Shown piece after piece: positions 29,785 to 39,104 of a stretch of DNA of 64,000 nt; the first letter of the stretch is position 1; the number at the start of each line of letters is the position of its first letter. Source of the stretch: an uncultured Thermoproteaceae archaeon (GTDB lineage: Archaea; Thermoproteota; Thermoprotei; Thermoproteales; Thermoproteaceae); assembly GCA_964342785.1 (NCBI GenBank), contig CAYFGI010000001.1, positions 38,928-102,927 on the forward strand. The letters run 5' to 3'. The position numbers were made by a program, and so were the translations under genes. A model generated the notes under the pieces. It was given only the letters and a program-made list of their open reading frames with translations, searched no databases and had not been told where the DNA came from.

Positions 29785-30447
29785 ATGCTGAATCGTGAGA
29801 TCTATCTCATCATCAACAACTTAGGCGGCAAGATAGGGGAATATCTGATAGAGCTGAACTTCGACCAACCCGGCATATTGGCGGCCCTCTCCAACGTCTT
29901 CGCCGACAACAACGCCAATATATTGAACATAGCGCTCGACTCAGGCCGCACCAAGATGCACTTCATAGTCGACGTGACGTCCGTGGATGAACAGGACTTG
30001 GAGGAGCTACCCAAGAGCTTGGGTATGTTCGCCTTCGTCAAGAAGATCCACTACAGGATCTCCTCCAAGAGGATCTTCGTCCCGAGGTGGATCACCCACG
30101 TGATAAATAACGAGCCCGCCTTGGCGATAGAGAGAGATTTCGTGGCTAAATTAGTCGATCTCGATAAGATAGCGCTTGACATGGCCAAGAGGGACGCCGA
30201 GATAATAAAATCGGCCATACAGGACGGCGACGTCGAGGAGCTACACGAGGCGGCTTACGTCGTGCAGCTGAGGGGGCTCGCCACGGTGCAGAACGACGAC
30301 AGCACGAATAACGTCGTGAATATAAAGTACTGTAGAACGGTCTATCCCTTGTTCAGACGTTACATAGACACGTTCATATCCTCTATCTCCAATAGAGGCT
30401 ACAGGCTGGTAGACGAGGGGGGCTGCGTCAGGCTCCAGATAGCTTGA
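29785..30447 (+). CDS. hypothetical protein with N-terminal ACT-like domain
   Basis: IELNFDQPGILAALSNVFADNNANILNI resembles an ACT fold start. Confidence 0.4.
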   Translation: MLNREIYLIINNLGGKIGEYLIELNFDQPGILAALSNVFADNNANILNIALDSGRTKMHFIVDVTSVDEQDLEELPKSLGMFAFVKKIHYRISSKRIFVPRWITHVINNEPALAIERDFVAKLVDLDKIALDMAKRDAEIIKSAIQDGDVEELHEAAYVVQLRGLATVQNDDSTNNVVNIKYCRTVYPLFRRYIDTFISSISNRGYRLVDEGGCVRLQIA

Positions 30448-31400
30448 TGCTTTAAGTACCCCTCGAGAAGACCCGCCTTTTCGAAGATCTCGCAGGTCCT
30501 ACAGATATCCCTCGCCGAGAGAGCTCCACAGTATTTACACCTCTTATAGCTACCCTCCGCCCGCAACACTTCGCCCAACCGTTTCCCTACGCTCACTAAG
30601 TTGTATTTAACATTGGGCATCTTACCCTCGAGCTCCGCCAGGATGAACTTAAGGCCGTACCTGGGGTTGTTATAGACGTAGGGACATTCCAGCTCCATGA
30701 GGGGTATGTCGTGGTAATACGCGTAGATCGCTATCTCCTCCTCCCTTATATATCTCAACGGCTTTATACGCCTTACTAAGTCCTTCTCCTCGGCGTCATC
30801 TAGGTTGAACCACGCGAATCTCCGCAGGTTGCCCATGAGCACGTTTAACAACACGGTCTGGGCCTCGTCGTCGAGGTTGTGAGCAGTAGCTATTTTGGTC
30901 CACCCGCGTCTCCTCCCTATAAGGTTCATGGCCCTCCGCCTCAAGACGCCGTCTATCGTGCACATATGTATATCTACGCCGTTTTTCGAGAGCCTTTCTG
31001 CTATTTCGAGCGCAGAGTAGCCGAATACCTCTTTGAACGTATATACGGAGTACGTCATCCCGTAGCGCTCGGCTAGCTTCCTCACGAAATCCGCCCTCGA
31101 CATACGGTAGAAACAACTATAGGGATGGCCTTCGTTGATCGTGAACGCCTCGAACTCGACGCCCCTAAGGCGGCCTCTTTCCTTCAACCTACCCAGTATA
31201 TCTAAGAGCACTAAGCTGTCCTTACCGCCCGATATGGCTATCGCAACCTTATCGCCAGGTTCTATCATCTTCTCGTCCCGTATGGTACGCCAAACTTTCT
31301 CCTCTATGGATTTAAAGAGACAAGGCAGGCAGAGCTTCTCGCCGCTAGTTCGACGTAGGAACTGCGCAGGCCTTTTGCCGCAGGAGGTGCAGAGGGTCAT
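30399..31400 (-). CDS. PP-loop tRNA 2-thiolation protein (TtuA/Ncs6 family)
   Basis: N-terminal CTSCG...CLPC, PP-loop VAIAISGGKDSLVL, and C-terminal CKYCG...CRTCE. Confidence 0.8.
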   Translation of the reverse strand: MTLCTSCGKRPAQFLRRTSGEKLCLPCLFKSIEEKVWRTIRDEKMIEPGDKVAIAISGGKDSLVLLDILGRLKERGRLRGVEFEAFTINEGHPYSCFYRMSRADFVRKLAERYGMTYSVYTFKEVFGYSALEIAERLSKNGVDIHMCTIDGVLRRRAMNLIGRRRGWTKIATAHNLDDEAQTVLLNVLMGNLRRFAWFNLDDAEEKDLVRRIKPLRYIREEEIAIYAYYHDIPLMELECPYVYNNPRYGLKFILAELEGKMPNVKYNLVSVGKRLGEVLRAEGSYKRCKYCGALSARDICRTCEIFEKAGLLEGYLKHQAIWSLTQPPSSTSL

Positions 31401-31693
31401 TGCAGATGCGGTATCGCCCCGTGTTTTCTCTCCGCTTTCTCTATCTGGATAGTATACGTATCGAATCTGGTCCTGAATATGTAGAACACGGTGCCGCAGT
31501 GCTTACAGCGGGCTATCATCACCGTGTTCTCAGGCCCTTTGTGCCTGTAGGTATGCGGCGGAGGCATGGCCTCCCATTCGGGCAGATTACATACGGGGCA
31601 GACTATAGACACGCCATCCTCTCGAAGCTGGTATAAAACCTTAATGATATGGGAGTCATCCCTGCATCCTTCTTTTCCCTTTATTTTAAGCAT
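31397..31693 (-). CDS. zinc-ribbon protein coupled to the TtuA-like gene
   Basis: CPVCN...CKHCG. Its stop overlaps the downstream ATG (ATGA). Confidence 0.45.
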   Translation of the reverse strand: MLKIKGKEGCRDDSHIIKVLYQLREDGVSIVCPVCNLPEWEAMPPPHTYRHKGPENTVMIARCKHCGTVFYIFRTRFDTYTIQIEKAERKHGAIPHLQ

Positions 31694-31705
31694 AAGATAT
31701 ATTCC

Positions 31706-32437
31706 GTGAAGTTGGTGAGACCTTCGGCCTATCTAATAGGCTCCTGGGGATCCGAGCTTCTCGTGTCTGCTTTCTCCGACGCGCTCTATCGCGGCGTTCC
31801 GTTCGAGGACGCCGTAAAGGCGCAGACGCCCGAGTTAATCGCCAAGAGGATATCGGCTTTCTACCGCCAGGGGCATTGGTCTGTGTTCGAGTTCATGGGG
31901 GCTCAGTTCCTCGTGGAGTGCTCCCGCGCTTGCCACACCCAGTTCATCCGGCACCGCATGGCCTCCTACTGGTCTGAATCCCAGCGCTACGTGGACTACT
32001 CCCGCAGGGAGATCCGGTTCGTGGTGCCCGAGGGCTTCCCGGCCGATCTCCTGAGGAGGGCCTACGAGGACTACCTCAAGCTTAGGGAGTCCTTCAAGCC
32101 CGAGTACGCCCGCATGATCTTGCCCAACGCCGCGGCCGTGAGGTTCGCGGTGCAGATGAACGCCAGGGAGCTCCTCCTCAACTTCGTCCCCCTCAGATGC
32201 GCGACGACGGCGCAAGCCGAGATAAGGCACGTGTGCTGGCAGATGTACGCACAAGCCTGGAGGCTGTGGCCAACCCTCGCGAAGCTCGTCTGGGAGGATC
32301 TGCCGAGCCTCCACCGCGATTTCTGCACCAAGGTGCCGGCCGGCCGGGACTGCCGCCTACACGCCATAGAGGACGCCGAGAGGATACACGGGCCCCTGCC
32401 GGAAAAACCGTGGTTGGAGCAAGCCGTAAGATCCTAA
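31706..32437 (+). CDS. thyX: FAD-dependent thymidylate synthase ThyX
   Basis: ThyX signature is RHRMASYWSESQRY. I chose the GTG at 31706 about 20 nt downstream of TTATTTTAAG, which avoids overlap with the divergent gene. Confidence 0.9.
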   Translation: MKLVRPSAYLIGSWGSELLVSAFSDALYRGVPFEDAVKAQTPELIAKRISAFYRQGHWSVFEFMGAQFLVECSRACHTQFIRHRMASYWSESQRYVDYSRREIRFVVPEGFPADLLRRAYEDYLKLRESFKPEYARMILPNAAAVRFAVQMNARELLLNFVPLRCATTAQAEIRHVCWQMYAQAWRLWPTLAKLVWEDLPSLHRDFCTKVPAGRDCRLHAIEDAERIHGPLPEKPWLEQAVRS

Positions 32438-33309
32438 TAAGAGGGCTGGAGCCCGGCTCAGCCTATCTGGCGTATCTCTTGGCGAAATCCGGCGACCGCG
32501 TATGGATCCAGACGACTGGCCCAAACGACGTGTACCTCTACGATCTGCCTCCCCCCGGCCTCTTCATGAAGCAACGCTTCTTGAGGGATCTGTTGTTAGT
32601 CGAATTCGTCGAATCCGCCGATCCTAACGAGTTCGACTTGGTCATAGACTCCTGCGATGTCGATCAAGAAAGCTTGTTAAGACTTTATGAAGAAAAAGAT
32701 GTTATCTACGTTGAGGGGGATCCTTGGCTTTCCGCCACATTATCGCTTTCTAGAGGACTGCCGGCGCCCGACCCGGTGGATCTGCCTGTAGAGAAGACAT
32801 CAAATTTTAGACGCGTCGAGGTTAAGATAAGCGAATATAGAGGTGCGCCCTACACGCTCTGTAACGCTGTGGACGACGAATCGGGGAGGCCCTACAGGCC
32901 CTTGAGGACTCTGGAGAGGATGTACCTAGCCGCTGATCTGTTCAAAGACATAAAGGGGCTGGGCCCGAGGCCTAGAGCCATCAAGCTCGAATACGCCGTG
33001 GGGCGTGACGTCTTCTTTCTCGCGATGGGCGTGGAGAAAAGGGGCAAGATCTCCCGGATATCTGTCGGCGGTTTCACGGCGTGGGTCTACGGCGAGGGAG
33101 GCAATATGAAGTATGTACTTATCAAAGGCGATAGGAATCGTTTCGGAGACGCCCTTCGTATGTACAACGGGCTCAGGCTCGATAGATACTTCTACCTCTA
33201 CGATTTAGGGCCGGGGAGGGGCGCGCTCAACATAGCGTCGCTAGGCCACTTGACGCGACATGAAAGACGCCACATGGCTACGCGCCAGCGCGGACAAGAG
33301 AAAATATAA
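32410..33309 (+). CDS. hypothetical protein with Rossmann-like N-terminus
   Basis: A GTG start gives VVGASRKILIRGLEPGSAYLAYLLAKSGDRV. It overlaps the thyX 3' end by 28 nt. Confidence 0.4.
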   Translation: MVGASRKILIRGLEPGSAYLAYLLAKSGDRVWIQTTGPNDVYLYDLPPPGLFMKQRFLRDLLLVEFVESADPNEFDLVIDSCDVDQESLLRLYEEKDVIYVEGDPWLSATLSLSRGLPAPDPVDLPVEKTSNFRRVEVKISEYRGAPYTLCNAVDDESGRPYRPLRTLERMYLAADLFKDIKGLGPRPRAIKLEYAVGRDVFFLAMGVEKRGKISRISVGGFTAWVYGEGGNMKYVLIKGDRNRFGDALRMYNGLRLDRYFYLYDLGPGRGALNIASLGHLTRHERRHMATRQRGQEKI

Positions 33310-33332
33310 AAACGCCTTAGTGCTGTGTTGCG

Positions 33333-33905
33333 ATGGCTAAATCGGCATATGCGTACATGGCCATGTGGTACTCGAAGGAGGGTAGGGAGATCGAGGAGAA
33401 GATCTTGAGGGAGAGATTGATCAAATGGCGTAGGGAGCCGGCCATAGTGCGGATCGATAAGCCCACGAGGCTTAATCGAGCCAGGGCTCTGGGCTACAAG
33501 GCTAAACAAGGCGTCGTCGTGGTGAGGGTTAGAGTGAGGAGGGGGCCTTTCAACAGAAGGAGACCTGATTCGGGCAGAAGACCTAAACGCATGGGAGTTT
33601 ACGGCATAACCCTATGGAAGAGTTGGCAACAAGTGGCCGAGGAGAGAGCCGCCCGTCGTTATCCTAACCTCGAAGTGCTGGGCAGCTACTGGGTCGCCGA
33701 CGATGGCATGTATAGATACTTCGAGGTCATCTTGATAGACCCCAACGCCCCCACTATAAGGAGCGATCCCGATTACGCTGGAATAGTCGGCAAGGAGAGT
33801 AAACGTAGGTGGAAGGCCAGGAGGTTGAGACAGAGGCAGAAGAAGCTAATAGAGAAGCTACGCGAGAACTTATTGCCCAGGCTTAAATCCGAGGAGAAGA
33901 GGTGA
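33333..33905 (+). CDS. rpl15e: 50S ribosomal protein eL15 (L15e)
   Basis: AYAYMAMWY...[42 protein letters not shown]. Confidence 0.9.
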   Translation: MAKSAYAYMAMWYSKEGREIEEKILRERLIKWRREPAIVRIDKPTRLNRARALGYKAKQGVVVVRVRVRRGPFNRRRPDSGRRPKRMGVYGITLWKSWQQVAEERAARRYPNLEVLGSYWVADDGMYRYFEVILIDPNAPTIRSDPDYAGIVGKESKRRWKARRLRQRQKKLIEKLRENLLPRLKSEEKR

Positions 33906-34240
33906 GATGTTTCGCGGAGATAAGCGTCTTGGTACACGCCACTGAGGATCTAGACAAAGTCGTAGAAACGCTTAGAGCTTTCCTCGGGGATCTCCCCTAC
34001 GTGATCGAGAAGCTAGAGGGACACTATGGGAACCCTATCTATCTAATAACGGCGTTTCTACAGGACTGCCGACCCCTTCTGGAGAAGATATGTCCACACG
34101 TCCAGCCTCCGCAGATGCAGCACGGCGAATGGTATATAAGGCTTGATAAACAGAAGCTCGTCAGAGGCATAATAGCCCAGTCGAGCTCTGACGATGTCGT
34201 TAGGATCAGAATAAGGGGCGGCGGATGTGGAGATAATTAA
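33902..34240 (+). CDS. conserved archaeal protein, possibly the DUF54/COG1931-type RNA-binding protein of the exosome superoperon
   Basis: [15 protein letters not shown] at the start, positioned between L15e and the RNase P subunits. The assignment rests mostly on context. Confidence 0.4.
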   Translation: MRCFAEISVLVHATEDLDKVVETLRAFLGDLPYVIEKLEGHYGNPIYLITAFLQDCRPLLEKICPHVQPPQMQHGEWYIRLDKQKLVRGIIAQSSSDDVVRIRIRGGGCGDN

Positions 34241-34751
34241 GATCAAGAGAGGGTTCGTGGAGTGGGATCTCCGAGACCCAACGGCCGAGGATCTACTATG
34301 GGAAGTAGGCGTCAGAGCCGCGTTGGTTAACCGCAACGTCGTGACCGAGAGGATAGCGCCGTTCGTTAGGGGAATCGACGTGAGGATAGCCGAGGTCCCA
34401 AATAGATCTAGGTTTAACGTTCTCGTCCACAGGGAGGATCTCCAGATACTATCGGTGAATCCTCGCGAGGTCTTAACTAGGGATCAGGTGAAGACCGCGC
34501 TTAAGGCGCGGAAATACATAGAGGTGAAGTTAAAGCCTCTATTGAAGGACCTGGAGCTACTCGCCGAGTGGCTCGATGTATTAGAGCCGGAAAATACGTT
34601 GTTCTCAACCCCGGTCGAATCGCCGAGCGATGTAAAGTCGCCGCTAGATGTGGCTAGCTTGCTCGTGGAGATGACCGGCGACAGTGCTTGGGTCGTTCCC
34701 TTTAGGAAAGGGCTAGATGTACTCATCGAGCTTGTGTTAGCACATGCGTAG
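34227..34751 (+). CDS. probable RNase P protein component 3 (Rpp30)
   Basis: [22 protein letters not shown] resembles the Rpp30 SS.A.s..elRsP.D block. It lies immediately upstream of Pop5. Confidence 0.45.
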   Translation: MEIIKIKRGFVEWDLRDPTAEDLLWEVGVRAALVNRNVVTERIAPFVRGIDVRIAEVPNRSRFNVLVHREDLQILSVNPREVLTRDQVKTALKARKYIEVKLKPLLKDLELLAEWLDVLEPENTLFSTPVESPSDVKSPLDVASLLVEMTGDSAWVVPFRKGLDVLIELVLAHA

Positions 34752-35028
34752 ATATCTTTTGGTCAGAGCCGAGGACGTAATGGCTTGTCTCGAAAATATG
34801 AACAATCTTTTCATCGCGGTGCTCGGCGTCAAGTACAAACTGCTTAAATTCGATATAGTCGGCATATACGACGATGTGATAGTGATAGGCGTGCCTAGAG
34901 AGCTCGCGAGGAGGGCAAGGGCCCTTATAGCTCTTATCGATGGATGTAGAACCGTTAAGGTCAGAGGCACTATTAAGTCCGCCAGAAGGACGGCCGCATC
35001 CATAAGGCGTAGATCGCCAAACGCTTAA
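34744..35028 (+). CDS. probable RNase P protein component 2 (Pop5/Rpp14)
   Basis: [10 protein letters not shown] at the N-terminus and [12 protein letters not shown] near the C-terminus are Pop5-like. Length is 94 aa. Confidence 0.55.
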   Translation: MRRYLLVRAEDVMACLENMNNLFIAVLGVKYKLLKFDIVGIYDDVIVIGVPRELARRARALIALIDGCRTVKVRGTIKSARRTAASIRRRSPNA

Positions 35029-35047
35029 ATATCGAGGCGCCCACGAC

Positions 35048-35108
35048 AATGGTGATGAGGGGTATCAACTCGCGCCATTTATGGCGTGCTCGCGACGGAC
35101 TGATCACC
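35048..35108 (+). ncRNA. weak C/D box sRNA candidate
   Basis: GTGATGA lies at 35052-35058 and CTGA at 35100-35103, a 52-nt span. The internal D'/C' positions (CGCG, ATGGCGT) are degenerate. Confidence 0.3.
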
Positions 35109-36000
35109 TCCTTATCTTCTCTATAAGATGCTCCACTATGTGTTTAGCCGGGTTTATCCCCGTGGCCGCCTTGAAGCCTTGCCACGACATGGTCGGGTTC
35201 ACCTCGAAGATGTAGTACCCCTCCTTCGTCTCGGCTATATCCACGCCGCCGTATTCGAGGCCCAACGCCTCAACGGCTCTCACCGCGAGCTCCTCTAACT
35301 CTCGGCTTGGCTTCACCGGCTCCGGCCTCGCGCCTTGAGCCACGTTGGACTTCCAGCCCTCGGCCCTCCTGAACTCAGCGCCTATCGCCCGCCCACCCAC
35401 CACCACTACTCTATAATCTCCACCGTTTTTCTCTAGATATTTCTGGACGTAGAAAGGCTTGTTGAGATTCGTCAACATGGAGAAGACGTGCATCGCGACG
35501 TCGGGGTCGTCGAGTTTAAACACGCCGTAACCCATGCTCCCTCTGAGCGGTTTAACCACCACATGGCCGAAGGCTGAGACGGCCCTATAGGCCGAGAACA
35601 TGTTCTCGCTCACAACGGTCGGCGGCACCGGCAGGCCGGCTCTGAGCAACACCGCGGCGCTCGCCAGCTTGTCGCTTGCTATCATCCAGTTGATGACGGG
35701 ATTCATGACGAACATCCCGCTTAGCTCCAGGACTCTGGCCGCGAAGATACGGTACGAAAACTGCTCGAAATCTCTAAATATGCCTAGGTGCCTCAATATA
35801 GCGCCAGGCGCTTCTATCTTGACGGGCTCGCTCCTCCCCACGCCTTGCCACACCTCAACTCTTTCCCCGAGTCTAACCTCCAACATGTCTATATAGATCC
35901 GGAGGGGTCTATGCCCCCTCTCGATTATAGCCTCCTCTAAATCCGCCACATCGCCTGGATGGAACTCGACCTCGTAGGGCCTTATTATGCCTATATCCAC
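35104..36000 (-). CDS. ATP-grasp ligase of the RimK/LysX family
   Basis: Length and blocks fit the family: VVKPLRGSMGYGV, DYRVVVVGGRAIGA and GGVDIAETKEGYYIFEVNP. Confidence 0.8.
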   Translation of the reverse strand: MDIGIIRPYEVEFHPGDVADLEEAIIERGHRPLRIYIDMLEVRLGERVEVWQGVGRSEPVKIEAPGAILRHLGIFRDFEQFSYRIFAARVLELSGMFVMNPVINWMIASDKLASAAVLLRAGLPVPPTVVSENMFSAYRAVSAFGHVVVKPLRGSMGYGVFKLDDPDVAMHVFSMLTNLNKPFYVQKYLEKNGGDYRVVVVGGRAIGAEFRRAEGWKSNVAQGARPEPVKPSRELEELAVRAVEALGLEYGGVDIAETKEGYYIFEVNPTMSWQGFKAATGINPAKHIVEHLIEKIRR

Positions 36001-36070
36001 AGTGGCCTGGAAAAAGGCATTTTAAAGGGCTTACTACGTAGGAGCTGCGCTTCGGGCTGTGGAGAACATC

Positions 36071-36700
36071 TCAGAAGAACTCGAAGGCCCCTAGATCTAC
36101 CCCGCGTAGATCCCGGCATAGAGCTGGCAGTAAATACTTGGCCACCAGGTCGGGATCCGCCACCTTCAGCGTTTTTAATTGCGACGCCACTAAAGCGGTG
36201 GGTTGCCCCACGATCTGAAGCGCCGGATTATACAGCTGGCAACCTTGCGGGTGATCGTAGAGCGTTATCGGCTCCGGCGCTATTTCCCTACACGAGCCCG
36301 CCTCGCATAGATAGATACCGGACGGCCTCTGGATCAAGTACCTATCAGGGCCGAAGGGCACTATGGGGCCCACCGGGCAGAGGCACTCGCCGCCAGCAGC
36401 CCTGTAGAGCTCCAGCAACAACTTCACGACGCCGTCTTCGCCCAGCTTCTGCCTATATCGCTCGTAGAAGGTCTGCACAGGCTTCTTTATATTGCCGCTT
36501 ATCCTAAGGCCTAGCGCCCTTTTGGCATCCTCCGGATCTGCGCCGAGAGCCACCAACACGCCTATGAGGTCATAACGGCTGATGCCGTATTTCTCCATGA
36601 GCTTTACGCCGAGATCTAAAAGCGCTGAGGAATTCCTAAGAGGACACTCGAGGCTTATCGTAACCCCCTCACATATCCTAATCGCCGTGGTTTGAGCCAT
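36071..36700 (-). CDS. hypothetical Cys-rich protein downstream of sufCB
   Basis: 209 aa. Contains ICEGVTISLECP and GGECLCPVGP...YLCEAGSCREI. It starts 35 nt after sufB. Confidence 0.5.
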   Translation of the reverse strand: MAQTTAIRICEGVTISLECPLRNSSALLDLGVKLMEKYGISRYDLIGVLVALGADPEDAKRALGLRISGNIKKPVQTFYERYRQKLGEDGVVKLLLELYRAAGGECLCPVGPIVPFGPDRYLIQRPSGIYLCEAGSCREIAPEPITLYDHPQGCQLYNPALQIVGQPTALVASQLKTLKVADPDLVAKYLLPALCRDLRGVDLGAFEFF

Positions 36701-36735
36701 ATAGTAATATCGCCTTATTAAAATATCGATGCCGA

Positions 36736-38163
36736 TCAGCCTACCCTGCCCAGCTTAGAGAACTCGAGCTCCAGAACGCGTTGCAGAACCACGGCGTATT
36801 CGAAGGGCAGATCCTTCACTATATCGGACACGAAGCCGAGCACTATAGACGCCTTGGCCTCGTCCTCCGTGAAGCCCCTCGCCCTTAAGTACATCAACTT
36901 CTCCTCGGAGATGCGGCTCGCAGTAGCCTCGTGCGTGACGACCGCCGTTTCCTCGAACACTTGATCGTGGGGTATAGTTATGTTAGCAGAATCGCCGTCT
37001 AGGACCAACGCATCGCACTGGACGTGGCTCTTCGCGTATTTAGCGCCCTTACTCACGTACACCATTCCTCTATAGACGGAGGTGCCGCCTCTGGCCGAGA
37101 TGCTCTTATTGACTATACGGCTTTTAGTGTCGGGAGCTAAATGCCACACCTTGGCTCCGTTCTCTTTCCATAGCCCTCCGTTGGCGGCCGTTATGCCGTA
37201 TATCTCGGTGGAGGCCCCCTCGCCTCTCAATATCGTGGAGGGGAACGTATATGTGGTCTTGCTCCCTATACTACCCTCAACCCACTGCACGTGGGCGCGG
37301 GCCTCCGCGACCGCCCTCTTGTTGTTGAAGTTGACTATATCGCGGGACCAGTTCTGCACCGTGGTTATCTTGAGGTCGGCGCCTTCGTGGGCGTAGCCCT
37401 CCACCATGCCGTTGTGGAAGCTGTATTTGAGGAGCCTGGGGGCCGAACACGCCTCTATCCAGTGCACGTAGGCGCCCTTGTCGGCCACCACTATGCTGTG
37501 CTCCATCTGGCTCTCCATGGAGCTGCCAATCAAGAAGAAGGTCTCCAGCGGTTGCTCTATTCTGACGCCGGGAGGCACGTAGATGAAGGTCCCGCCCGAC
37601 CATAAGGCTCCATGTAGAGCGGCGAATTTATGCTCAGGCGGGAAGACCCTCATGAAGTATTGCTTCACGAGATCCGGGTACCTCTTGACGGCTTCCTCCA
37701 TGGGGAGCATTATGACTCCTTTCTCTTCGAGCTTCTTCTTGAAGTTGAAATAGACTATCTCGCTGTCGAACTGGGTCGCCAGGCCCAGGAGCGCCTTTGC
37801 TTCCATCTCGGGAAGGCCGAGCTTCTCGTAGTATTCCCTAATCTCCTTCGGTAGCTCGTCCCAGCTTCGGGCGGTTTGGGTCTGAGGCTTTGCATAATGT
37901 ACCAACGCCTCTAGGTCGATCTCGCCTACCCCTCTGACCCACTTGGGCGTCGGGAGCTTCTCGAAGAGCTCCAACATCCTTAACCTCAATCTTCTCATCC
38001 AGTCGGGCTCGCCCTTAAGTCTGCTCACCTCCTCTATCATATCCTTGGTTATCTTGCCCTTCAGCTCGACCGCGTACGGCACAGGCTTCGCCACGCCTAA
38101 TAGCTCCGATACATGTTCGCTTTCTGTTATCATCCCGTGAATCTTAGCTATCTCCTCCTCCAT
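36736..38163 (-). CDS. sufB: Fe-S cluster assembly protein SufB
   Basis: 475 aa. Typical C-terminal beta-helix blocks include KNTLRG-like STILRGEGAS, VQCDALVLD and EATASRISEEKLMYLRARG. Confidence 0.9.
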   Translation of the reverse strand: MEEEIAKIHGMITESEHVSELLGVAKPVPYAVELKGKITKDMIEEVSRLKGEPDWMRRLRLRMLELFEKLPTPKWVRGVGEIDLEALVHYAKPQTQTARSWDELPKEIREYYEKLGLPEMEAKALLGLATQFDSEIVYFNFKKKLEEKGVIMLPMEEAVKRYPDLVKQYFMRVFPPEHKFAALHGALWSGGTFIYVPPGVRIEQPLETFFLIGSSMESQMEHSIVVADKGAYVHWIEACSAPRLLKYSFHNGMVEGYAHEGADLKITTVQNWSRDIVNFNNKRAVAEARAHVQWVEGSIGSKTTYTFPSTILRGEGASTEIYGITAANGGLWKENGAKVWHLAPDTKSRIVNKSISARGGTSVYRGMVYVSKGAKYAKSHVQCDALVLDGDSANITIPHDQVFEETAVVTHEATASRISEEKLMYLRARGFTEDEAKASIVLGFVSDIVKDLPFEYAVVLQRVLELEFSKLGRVG

Positions 38164-38230
38164 TGGAGATTCCTCGTCTCTAGTCTATATTTCTTCCGAA
38201 TTGTCCGTTAGATGGAGGGGCTGGAAATCG

Positions 38231-38983
38231 CTAAGAGATGCCCGCCTCCTTGAACAACTTCTCGTAGCCAGCCTCCTCGACTTTCCTCACTATCTCCGGC
38301 CCGCCCTCGAGGACAAGCCGACCGTCGTACATGACGTATACCCTGCTGGGCTCCAGGAACTTAAGTATCCTAGCGTAATGCGTCGATAACAAGATACCTG
38401 CGTTGCTCTCAGCCAACCGTAGGAGCGCCTTGCTTATAGCAGCCATGCCGTCTATATCCAAGCCGGAGTCGGGCTCGTCTAATATAGCTATGGACGGCCT
38501 CACCATGAGGGCCAGGAGGACCTCAGCCCTTTTGAACTCGCCGCCGCTGAAACCGGCGCCTATGCCTCTATTGAAGACGTCTTGTTTCAACCCCAGCTCT
38601 ACCGCCAGCTTATACGCCTCGGCTATCCTTGGGTTGACGTCGCCTAGCTTCTTCCCGGCCTTTTTATTCAACATAGCTTGTATCAAGAAAGCGAAGCGGA
38701 CCTCCGGCACGGCTATAGGCGATTGGAACCCCACGAACAAGCCCTTCGCGAATCGTTCCTCAGGCGCCAGCTCCTTTATGGAGGCTCCGTCCAATAGTAT
38801 ATCCCCCTCTATTATCTGGTACCGGGGATTGCCTGCTATGGTCTGGAACAAAGTGGACTTCCCCGAGCCGTTAGGTCCCATCAAAGCTACGATCTCCCCT
38901 GATCTTACAGCTAAGGAAACCCCCTTGAGTATTTTCTTCTCGTCGACGACTACATGTAGGTTCCTCACCTCCAACACCGCCAT
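38231..38983 (-). CDS. sufC: Fe-S cluster assembly ATPase SufC
   Basis: Walker A is GPNGSGKSTL, ABC signature FSGGEFKR, Walker B IAILDEPDSGLD. Confidence 0.9.
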   Translation of the reverse strand: MAVLEVRNLHVVVDEKKILKGVSLAVRSGEIVALMGPNGSGKSTLFQTIAGNPRYQIIEGDILLDGASIKELAPEERFAKGLFVGFQSPIAVPEVRFAFLIQAMLNKKAGKKLGDVNPRIAEAYKLAVELGLKQDVFNRGIGAGFSGGEFKRAEVLLALMVRPSIAILDEPDSGLDIDGMAAISKALLRLAESNAGILLSTHYARILKFLEPSRVYVMYDGRLVLEGGPEIVRKVEEAGYEKLFKEAGIS

Positions 38984-39104
38984 GTAGATGCTTTTCGAAT
39001 AGAGCTTATAAATTCAGAAAATCGCGGATATCGTTGGCGTTCATAGAAAAGCCTATGCGAGCACCTAAGCAAGTCATTATTAAAAAGCCCGAATACTTAC
39101 CCTT

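Noticed and set aside
32197-32409. The long N-terminal extension of the 32197-33309 ORF across the thyX 3' half.
   Set aside because: It lies in an alternative frame of a clearly recognisable ThyX and is Arg/Pro/Gly-rich. I trimmed it to the GTG at 32410.
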